A stretch of 64,000 nt of DNA from Candidatus Omnitrophota bacterium (lineage in GTDB: Bacteria; Omnitrophota; Gorgyraeia; Zapsychrales; Zapsychraceae): contig DPIG01000078.1 of the NCBI GenBank assembly GCA_003522725.1, forward strand, positions 18,746 through 82,745. The letters run 5' to 3'. Below, piece by piece: positions 11,232 to 17,258 of the stretch (position 1 is its first letter; the number at the start of each line of letters is the position of its first letter). A program made the position numbers and the translations under genes. Below the pieces are notes generated by a model. It was not told where the DNA came from. It searched no databases and saw only the letters and a program-made list of their open reading frames with translations.

Positions 11232-12107
11232 TTACCTCTTCGCCTCCTGCTGGACCTTGAACGCTTCAATACCGTTACGCATGAGCATGACGACGGTGAC
11301 CGGGCCCACCCCGCCGGGCACCGGCGTGATAAATGACGCCCTCCGGCCCGCTTTTTCAAATTCGATGTCGCCTGTGATTCCGGAGCCCACTTTATTGATC
11401 CCCACGTCAATGACAATGGCGCCTTCCTTGATCCAGTCCCCTTTGATGAGCCCCGCTTTCCCCACCGCGACGACCAGGACATCCGCGCTCCCCACGTGCT
11501 CGACGAGCCGTCCGGCCTGGCTGGTGGCCAGATGACACACGGTGACCGTGGCGTCCTGCGCGAGCAACAGCAAACTCAAAGGTTTGCCGACGATCTCGCT
11601 GTGGCCGACCACGACCGCTTCTTTCCCGCGCAGTTTGACGCCCGTGGAGCGGATAAGTTCCATGACCGCGGCAGGGGTGCAGGGGATGATGCGCGTTTGG
11701 CCCAGCATCATCTTGCCGATATTGGTGACGTTGATGCCTTCGAGGTCCTTGGACGGGGCCACATAGTTGGCCACGGCGCGGTAATCGATCTGGTCGGGCA
11801 CGGGTTTGTGGATCATGATGCCGTGCACGCCGGAATCGCTATCGAGTTCCTTGATGACGCTGATCAGTTTGGCCTGGGTCGTGTCCCCCGAAAGGATCTT
11901 CAGTTCATATTTGATGCCGATATATTCGGCCGTCTTTTTCTGGGAATTGGCGTAGGCGCAGGAACCTGGGTCGGAGCCCACCATCACGTTGACCAGGTGC
12001 GGCACGCCGCCAAAGGTTTCTTTGAGCCGCGCCACTTCCTTTTTGAGCTCGTCCTTGAGCTTTTTGGCCAGGGCCGTACCGTCAAGGATGTGCGCGGTGG
12101 CGTTCAT
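11232..12107 (-). CDS. folD: Bifunctional methylene-THF dehydrogenase / methenyl-THF cyclohydrolase
   Basis: ILDGTALAKK..., motifs (VGSDPGSCAYANSQKK, PCTPAAVMELI, VVVGHSEIVGKP), 291 aa. Confidence 0.92.
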   Translation of the reverse strand: MNATAHILDGTALAKKLKDELKKEVARLKETFGGVPHLVNVMVGSDPGSCAYANSQKKTAEYIGIKYELKILSGDTTQAKLISVIKELDSDSGVHGIMIHKPVPDQIDYRAVANYVAPSKDLEGINVTNIGKMMLGQTRIIPCTPAAVMELIRSTGVKLRGKEAVVVGHSEIVGKPLSLLLLAQDATVTVCHLATSQAGRLVEHVGSADVLVVAVGKAGLIKGDWIKEGAIVIDVGINKVGSGITGDIEFEKAGRRASFITPVPGGVGPVTVVMLMRNGIEAFKVQQEAKR

Positions 12108-12589
12108 TGGTTGATCTCCACGTTGAGCTTCGCCGAATTAAACGCGGCGAGCAAAAGTTCCAGCGCGACCTTCACGTCCGAAACAAGATATTTGTTGCCG
12201 TAGCGAACTAACGTCGGCGCCAATTGCACGGCTTTGTAACATAGTTTGCATGCTTCCAGAGGGACTTCCCTTGCCTTGCGCCGGGCCGCGTTACGCTTCG
12301 CGGGCGCGGCCTTGCGCGTTTTGACAACGTTCAAATACGCCCGCGCGTCCAGGTCAACGAGCGCCAAAAAACGTTTGCGCAATCGCTCGCTCGTCTTGAG
12401 ACTTGCCTTTATCTTTTGTTCATTGGCACGCGATGAGGTCTTACCGAGCGAATAATTCGCGACCATGGACAGAAGCGCCGCCCCAAGCGCCGCCGTCACC
12501 GCCGCCGCCGACCCACCCCCCGGCGCGGGGACCTTGAGCGAGAGCACGCGCGTGTATTCACTTAAACTGTAATTTCGAAAGGGTTTCAT
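12104..12589 (-). CDS. Cyclodeaminase/cyclohydrolase family protein (FTCD C-terminal-like; FchA-type methenyl-THF cyclohydrolase)
   Basis: GGGSAAAVTAALGAALLSMVANYS motif typical of the formiminotransferase-cyclodeaminase C-domain. Overlaps folD by 4 nt (ATGA). Confidence 0.7.
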   Translation of the reverse strand: MKPFRNYSLSEYTRVLSLKVPAPGGGSAAAVTAALGAALLSMVANYSLGKTSSRANEQKIKASLKTSERLRKRFLALVDLDARAYLNVVKTRKAAPAKRNAARRKAREVPLEACKLCYKAVQLAPTLVRYGNKYLVSDVKVALELLLAAFNSAKLNVEINQ

Positions 12590-12597
12590 GGCTGTAA

Positions 12598-12674
12598 GGT
12601 TATCCGATTGTCCGGAAATCCGTGACTGGGTAATCCGGATACCCGGGTATCCGGTTCCTCGGATCCCCGGAACC
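12598..12674. repeat. Array A of degenerate 8-10 bp direct repeats (NNATCCGG type)
   Basis: GGTTATCCG ATTGTCCGG AAATCCG...GTAATCCGG ATACCCGG GTATCCGG TTCCTCGG ATCCCCGG, ending in the inverted GGTTCC...GGAACC. It lies between fchA and the Abi gene. Confidence 0.6.
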
Positions 12675-12716
12675 TGTCAATTTTCACATGCGCTCATCAT
12701 ATCCTAAACACGACGG

Positions 12717-13487
12717 TTATTCAACTTCAAAGGCGTTTTTATCGTGTATCTTTTTCTTCCGAGATTCCCATGTTTGAAAAAGGAATGTAGCCATCGTCCC
12801 GGAAAGATTAACTGCAAGTTCCGCATGCCGTGGTGCTGGCCGGCTCCCTGATACCCCTTTGCCATGCGCATCACTATGTCGGTTTCGTAAAGCGCCTAAT
12901 CCTTCAACGACACTCTGGCAACCACCCAATATCTGTTTAAAAATTTGCTCTGTATGTTGGCTCGGTGAAAGATTAAGCTGTCTGACGGTCAAAGTGTAAA
13001 GTTTGGGGAGGTCGACATCATTGCTATATGTTATGCCTGACTCATCAAGTATATGCTTGCATGCAGATTCAAGCAGCGTGCGAGCTGTTGTAATCGCACC
13101 CTCAGGGTCAGCAGCTCTGCGTTCTAATGCTTTTTGCCAAATTTCTTGAATGTAGGTTGAATCCAAAGTCTGCACAGTTGCGGAAATTGAAGCGTCGCTT
13201 GGCGTGCGTGAATCGGTTTCTAGTGTAGTCAGGAGCGGATCAAACTCTTGCTGTAAGTACCCTCTTCGTTGAGCATAGGTTGCGAATTTCGGCTGAATGA
13301 AACTCCAGAATTCAGAAAGGTTGCGACATGTGTGGACAAAACGAGGTAGTAGCTTTGCAATACGCGGAGATGTAATAAGTTCACGACGTAAATTTTTGTA
13401 TTCCAAGTCGTCACCGTTACCACCGGTCGCATGTGAAACTAGCATTATCTTCAGTGATTCAACTTGATTAATTTTTTCTTCATTCAT
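12717..13487 (-). CDS. Abortive-infection-like protein with a C-terminal HEPN (Abi_C-type) domain
   Basis: The C-terminus (TLLESACKHILDE...LPKLY...LGALRNRHSDAHGKG...RHAELAVNLSGTMATFL) fits the Abi_C/HEPN pattern, with an Rx4H motif (RHSDAH). The gene is visibly AT-rich compared with its neighbours. 256 aa. Confidence 0.65.
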   Translation of the reverse strand: MNEEKINQVESLKIMLVSHATGGNGDDLEYKNLRRELITSPRIAKLLPRFVHTCRNLSEFWSFIQPKFATYAQRRGYLQQEFDPLLTTLETDSRTPSDASISATVQTLDSTYIQEIWQKALERRAADPEGAITTARTLLESACKHILDESGITYSNDVDLPKLYTLTVRQLNLSPSQHTEQIFKQILGGCQSVVEGLGALRNRHSDAHGKGVSGSRPAPRHAELAVNLSGTMATFLFQTWESRKKKIHDKNAFEVE

Positions 13488-13490
13488 GTC

Positions 13491-13597
13491 GTATTATTCC
13501 GCGTTATTTCGGGCGTCTTTGTATTATTCCGGGGACGCGTACTCTCTCTGCGTTATTCCGGCGTTATTCCGCAGGTTATTCCGAGGTTATTCCGGGG
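13491..13597. repeat. Array B: seven copies of the (G)TTATTCCG(G) repeat, the last four in tandem with an 11-12 bp period
   Basis: TATTATTCCGCG GTTATTTCGGG...TATTATTCCGGGG...CGTTATTCCGGCG TTATTCCGCAG GTTATTCCGAG GTTATTCCGGGG. It lies immediately 5' of the Abi gene start. Confidence 0.7.
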
Positions 13598-13710
13598 CCA
13601 CATGACGTAACCTTAATTATTGCCGATTGTGTGTCTTTGCAGACGCTTTAGCTAAGTTCCTGGCTTTGCGTTAATTATAAAACAAATCTTTCACTTCGTG
13701 TTGAGTATTT

Positions 13711-13745
13711 CGGCCCCGCTGTAAGTGGCCCCCGGGCCGCTTTTT
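13711..13745 (+). terminator. Possible plus-strand intrinsic terminator with no plus-strand gene upstream
   Basis: CGGCCC...GGGCCG stem (6 bp, GC-rich, alternative pairings possible) followed by CTTTTTG. The minus-strand complement has no U-tract. Confidence 0.3.
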
Positions 13746-13806
13746 GAATTCGTGATTTTAACATAATTTGAATTCTCGCCGTTCGGCAAGAATTGACTTT
13801 ACAGCT

Positions 13807-14028
13807 TTAACGATAGCTGGCGTGTGTGCCGATATCGTAATAAATCACCTCGTGGGCGTTGATGAAACGAAACAGCACACGGTACTCCCGATTAATGGAA
13901 TACGCCCAATAGTCTTTCAGCGGTCCCTTAAGCTTGTGCGTTCGCAGGGGCGGTGTAAAAGCGTTGTCCCGGAATAACTGGTCTTTCTTGATGGCCAGGT
14001 CTTGAATATGTGTTGGGAGTTTCTGCAC
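13807..14028 (-). CDS. RelE/HigB/YafQ-like mRNA-interferase toxin, N-terminally short, no cognate antitoxin evident
   Basis: LKGPLKDYWAYSINREYRVLFRFINAHEVIYYDIGTHASY matches the conserved C-terminal half of HigB/YafQ-type toxins. The only start is a GTG and the frame closes 6 codons upstream. No HTH antitoxin ORF in the 300 bp downstream. Confidence 0.5.
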   Translation of the reverse strand: MQKLPTHIQDLAIKKDQLFRDNAFTPPLRTHKLKGPLKDYWAYSINREYRVLFRFINAHEVIYYDIGTHASYR

Positions 14029-14075
14029 AATTTGAACTCCCGATAGTCAGCGGAAATCTGGATTTCTAAGGTCTT

Positions 14076-14327
14076 CTAATAGACATCTTTACGATGGCCG
14101 ACGTGCAGAATGACCACCTTTTTATCCCGGTCATGGATATCGTAAATAACGCGGTAACGCCCGACACGGATCCTCCAGCCGGGACGGGCGATCAGCTTCT
14201 TGCTGCCGTGAGGGCGCGGGCTGGAAGAAAGTTTTTCGATATGCTGGCATACACGCTGATAATCAACGGCAGGCAGTCCGGCGAGCTCTTTTTGCGCGCG
14301 GCGAAGGATAAAAACGCTGTAGTTCAT
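14076..14327 (-). CDS. relE: Type II toxin, RelE/ParE family
   Basis: IRVGRYRVIYDIHDRDKKVVILHVGHRKDVY C-terminal signature. 83 aa. Overlaps the upstream antitoxin by ATGA. Confidence 0.8.
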   Translation of the reverse strand: MNYSVFILRRAQKELAGLPAVDYQRVCQHIEKLSSSPRPHGSKKLIARPGWRIRVGRYRVIYDIHDRDKKVVILHVGHRKDVY

Positions 14328-14527
14328 TTGCGGGAGCGTTCAATTTCTTTTCTGGCTTGGGCGAACGGGATGGATTCCTCGCCGGACGCCTTGGCCGCGT
14401 CATAAGCTCGGATGGACTCGAGCTCTTCAGCCTGCCTGATGAGTCGGCGATATTCCCTGTTGGTCAGGACGACCCCCACCTGGCGGCCATGGGAATCAAC
14501 AACATGATTCTCTTTTATTTTAATCAT
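14324..14527 (-). CDS. Type II antitoxin, Phd/YefM-like
   Basis: MIKIKENHVVDSHGRQVGVVLTNREYRRLIRQAEELESIRAYDAAK... Start placed at ATG 14525-14527, preceded by AAGGAG. The ORF-track TTG start at 14554 is less likely. Confidence 0.7.
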   Translation of the reverse strand: MIKIKENHVVDSHGRQVGVVLTNREYRRLIRQAEELESIRAYDAAKASGEESIPFAQARKEIERSRK

Positions 14528-14636
14528 GGGCACTCCTTTTTTCAAAAGTTTCAAAGGTCATCCCTTTGGTGAATGACTCGACTTTTTCAATGGCATCGAC
14601 AATATCGGCGACATAATCCCGGTATTGACGGATCAT
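14520..14636 (-). pseudogene. Remnant (38 codons) of a HepT/HEPN toxin gene, truncated where the Phd start codon begins
   Basis: Minus-strand translation MIRQYRDYVADIVDAIEKVESFTKGMTFETFEKRSAHD* matches the conserved N-terminus of HepT (DUF86) toxins. Its ATG overlaps the MNT stop (ATGA), the typical MNT-HepT coupling. The frame is cut by a TAA that overlaps the Phd ATG. Confidence 0.6.
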
Positions 14637-14926
14637 ACGTAAACAACCTCACGCATGATGTATTTACCGATAGTAGGCTTTAACGAACCTTTCATGACGA
14701 GATCAACGCGTTTTTTCAATATGGCGCTAAGGCGGTTTTCCGTCCGGACATAATCGAAAAGGCCGGGGGTCTGGCTGAATTCAACGAGGATGTCGACGTC
14801 ACTGTTCTTTTTTTGCTTTCCACGCACGTAGGAACCAAAGACACCCAGCATCTTGACCTTGAATTGTCGCTTCAGGGCGGATTTGTTCTGTTTTAAAACT
14901 TGTTTGATTTTATCCAGTTCGCTCAT
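14633..14926 (-). CDS. Minimal nucleotidyltransferase (MNT) antitoxin of a HepT/MNT pair
   Basis: GVFGSYVRGKQKKNSDVDILVEF is the GS...DxD pol-beta-type NTase motif. About 97 aa. Alternative TTG start at 14932. Confidence 0.75.
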   Translation of the reverse strand: MSELDKIKQVLKQNKSALKRQFKVKMLGVFGSYVRGKQKKNSDVDILVEFSQTPGLFDYVRTENRLSAILKKRVDLVMKGSLKPTIGKYIMREVVYV

Positions 14927-14992
14927 AGTCAAAGTATATCATAATTATCTGCCTGCCGATGAAAGCATTTTTACGTTTTTCGGGCTGTTTTT

Positions 14993-15014
14993 GGTTATTC
15001 CGTGGTTATTCCGG
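14993..15014. repeat. Array C: two tandem copies of GGTTATTCCG(G)
   Basis: GGTTATTCCGT GGTTATTCCGGG, immediately 5' of the MNT gene and adjoining the 15013-15054 inverted repeat. Confidence 0.6.
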
Positions 15015-15054
15015 GACACAATACTTAACTCACAGCAATTAAGTATCGTGTCCC
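15013..15054. repeat. 16-bp near-perfect inverted repeat spanning the symporter stop codon
   Basis: GGGACACAATACTTAA-(10 nt)-TTAAGTATCGTGTCCC, one mismatch. No U-tract on either strand. A related half-site lies at 22793-22815. Confidence 0.6.
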
Positions 15055-16295
15055 TCTTGCGGGAGCCATTTCGGCCCGTTCATGACGCGCGCGACGAGCA
15101 TGCCGCTGACGTTATCGCCCACCACGTTGACCATGGTCGCCGGCGGGTCAACGAGCGTGCCCACCATGGTGATAATGGGCATGGCCTCGATGGGAAAACC
15201 AAAGAGCGTGATGATCAAAAGCTCCCCCAGCATACCGCCGGAAGGGATGCCGCTGATGACCGTGCCGCATAAAAGGGCCACGGCCACAACCGAGACCAGC
15301 GTTTCAACGCCGGAAAAGGGCATGCCGAAGATCCCGAACAATAACGCCATCTTCACGACCGCGGCCAGGCTCGAGCCGTCGCTGTGCACCGAGGCGCCGA
15401 TATTGACCACGACCTCCCGCACGTCTTCGGGGATGCCGATTCTTTTCGCGGCCTCAAGGTTGACCGGCAAGGTCGCCAGCCCGCTCCCCGTCCCCCACGC
15501 GGTCACCGCGGCCGGAAGGATATTGGACCAAAGGAGCCGGATGCCCCGGACCCCTCCCGCCAGCCACGCGTAGAAAGAAAATCCGATAAAAAAATACGCC
15601 AGCGCCAGGGGATAATAGAGCGCGATCACACGGACATACGACCCTAAAAGCTGCGGGCCGAAGACGCCGACCAGATACGCGAAGTACGCGCCCAGGCCGA
15701 CGGGCGCGTAGAGCATGACGTAGCCGATGGCCCTGGTCATCACGTCGTTGCCCGCCGCGAGAAATTGCGCGAAGGGTTTCCCCCTCGCCCCAACGGCCGA
15801 GGCCGCCAGCCCGATCAGGAACGCGAACAGGATCAGGGCGAACATGTTCTGTTTGGAGAATAATTCCGTAAAGTCCGTGACCGTGAGGGTGCGCACGATC
15901 TGCTCGCCGATATCGACCTTTTCGGCCTGGACGGGCTGGTTGAAAGCGATCCGGATGCCTTCCGCGGGCGGATAGAACTTGACACCGACGATCATCACGG
16001 CCGCGGCAATGATCCCGGTCACCACAAATATCAGGACCATCCACCCCATGATCTTGCCCAGGCGTTTGACGTCCGTCATTTGGGCCACGGTCGAGGAAAT
16101 GGCGAAGAAGACCAGCGGTACGACGATCGTGAACAACAGATTAAGGAAGATGTCCCCCAGAGGCTTGAGGACGGCGGCGTTCGATTTCATCAGCGCGCCG
16201 ACCAACGAGCCGACGGCGATGGATGCGATAAGAAGAATCGAGAAACGATAGGATTTCAGAAAGGTTGGTTTATTATTCATACGTATGGCCGCCAT
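15039..16295 (-). CDS. Dicarboxylate/amino acid:cation symporter (DAACS/GltP-SstT family)
   Basis: Polytopic protein of 418 aa with the family hallmarks (GASVHSDGSSL..., GIPSGGMLG..., re-entrant loop motifs). Alternative start at Met6. Confidence 0.8.
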   Translation of the reverse strand: MAAIRMNNKPTFLKSYRFSILLIASIAVGSLVGALMKSNAAVLKPLGDIFLNLLFTIVVPLVFFAISSTVAQMTDVKRLGKIMGWMVLIFVVTGIIAAAVMIVGVKFYPPAEGIRIAFNQPVQAEKVDIGEQIVRTLTVTDFTELFSKQNMFALILFAFLIGLAASAVGARGKPFAQFLAAGNDVMTRAIGYVMLYAPVGLGAYFAYLVGVFGPQLLGSYVRVIALYYPLALAYFFIGFSFYAWLAGGVRGIRLLWSNILPAAVTAWGTGSGLATLPVNLEAAKRIGIPEDVREVVVNIGASVHSDGSSLAAVVKMALLFGIFGMPFSGVETLVSVVAVALLCGTVISGIPSGGMLGELLIITLFGFPIEAMPIITMVGTLVDPPATMVNVVGDNVSGMLVARVMNGPKWLPQEGHDT

Positions 16296-16304
16296 TGGAT
16301 AATA

Positions 16305-17237
16305 TCAGGATTTTGCATAGACCGGCAACAAAAATGACGAAAAGTAATCTATCCCCGGGGTCCGGGCCTTTATTTCCAGTTCCCAATACTTCGCCGGTCG
16401 GCAGCTCAGACAGGAATTGTACCGGGACTCCTGGGGAAGCGAAAAAGCCAGGGGCCACTGGGCCGCTTGCTGCTCAAAAGCCGTCAGGTTACTTAAGGTC
16501 AACGTGTCCGCGTAAAGCTGGTAGGAAACGACCACGGACTTTCTGTTCTTGCCGCTGCCGCGCGTCTCATATTTTTCTTCAATATGACGCAAGGTCACCG
16601 TCATCTCTTTTAATCCCGCGACCGGCTTGTTCGTGCGCAAGATGACCTTTAGGTCTTCCCCCAGGAAAAACGGACAATGCTGGAATTCGAGCGAGCTCAC
16701 CCCATATTTCAAAAGGGCCAAGACGAGGTATATCCAATACGCCCAGGCGGTCACAATGATGACATCGAAGAAGCCGATAAATAATTGAAAAATTCCGTCG
16801 GGATGTTTGACAAAGAACATCCAGTTAAACGGCGCGATGAATACCATAAAGCCCAAATTGGCATAAAGGCCGGCTTTGACTTTTTGCCATGAGTCCGCCT
16901 TGATCCCTTGCGGGTCCCAGGGATAATCAGCGCGCCATTTTTCCGCGGGGTATTGCTGGTTTAAAAGCGCGGTTTTTCTTTTTTCACTTAAGCTAAGCAA
17001 GCCATGTATCAGCGTCAAGAGGCCTGCCAGCGCGAAGAGCCCACCGAAGCCGGCGGCCACCTCACGCGCGGCATGGAAACTTGAATCTTTGACCGGGATC
17101 ACGTCCAAAGAAATGAGGATTATAAATGTTCCCACGCCGATAAACGGCAGGCTGAAAAAGACCGCCGGCCAGCCCTCAACGGTCGTGCGGCTGATGGTGG
17201 AATGTCCCCGGAGCTCTTTGCGTTGAAGGTCGGTCAT
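16305..17237 (-). CDS. Hypothetical integral membrane protein (about 4 TM segments plus a soluble C-terminal domain)
   Basis: Clean 310-aa ORF with hydrophobic segments. No family recognised by eye. Confidence 0.5.
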   Translation of the reverse strand: MTDLQRKELRGHSTISRTTVEGWPAVFFSLPFIGVGTFIILISLDVIPVKDSSFHAAREVAAGFGGLFALAGLLTLIHGLLSLSEKRKTALLNQQYPAEKWRADYPWDPQGIKADSWQKVKAGLYANLGFMVFIAPFNWMFFVKHPDGIFQLFIGFFDVIIVTAWAYWIYLVLALLKYGVSSLEFQHCPFFLGEDLKVILRTNKPVAGLKEMTVTLRHIEEKYETRGSGKNRKSVVVSYQLYADTLTLSNLTAFEQQAAQWPLAFSLPQESRYNSCLSCRPAKYWELEIKARTPGIDYFSSFLLPVYAKS

Positions 17238-17258
17238 GATTTATTTATCGTACCCTCT

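Noticed and set aside
10205-11260. 351-aa plus-strand ORF, one of many long plus-strand ORFs (others include 2625-3395, 17364-17939, 19970-20539, 25774-26646, 31086-31985)
   Set aside because: Each lies fully antisense to a minus-strand gene with clear family signatures. The translations are low-complexity, rich in R, G, A and P, as expected for shadow ORFs in GC-rich DNA.
10271-11482. Long N-terminal extensions in the ORF track (this ORF, plus 26707-27249, 44231-45313, 51878-52708, 60151-61374, 32494-33609)
   Set aside because: The extensions overlap the upstream gene and are R/S/P-rich. Internal ATG or TTG codons with good Shine-Dalgarno sites start at the conserved family N-termini, so I used the shorter coordinates.
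13491-13597. Tandem short repeats as a possible CRISPR array
   Set aside because: The period is only 11-12 bp, there are no unique spacers, and there are no cas genes.
13491-13760. Repeat array B plus the plus-strand terminator as a type III (ToxI-like RNA antitoxin) module
   Set aside because: The repeat units are far shorter than the roughly 35-nt pseudoknot repeats of ToxI/AntiQ. No ToxN/AbiQ-like ORF follows on the plus strand.
15013-15054. Inverted repeat at the symporter stop as an intrinsic terminator
   Set aside because: No U-tract follows on the minus strand; TTATTCCGG repeats follow instead. It is also related to a half-site at 22.8 kb, which fits a protein-binding or junction site better.
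12590-15060. Integrase, transposase or other mobility gene that would make the islet a mobile element
   Set aside because: None of the ORFs on either strand resembles a tyrosine or serine recombinase or a transposase. I therefore annotate the repeats and TA genes but call no mobile_element feature.
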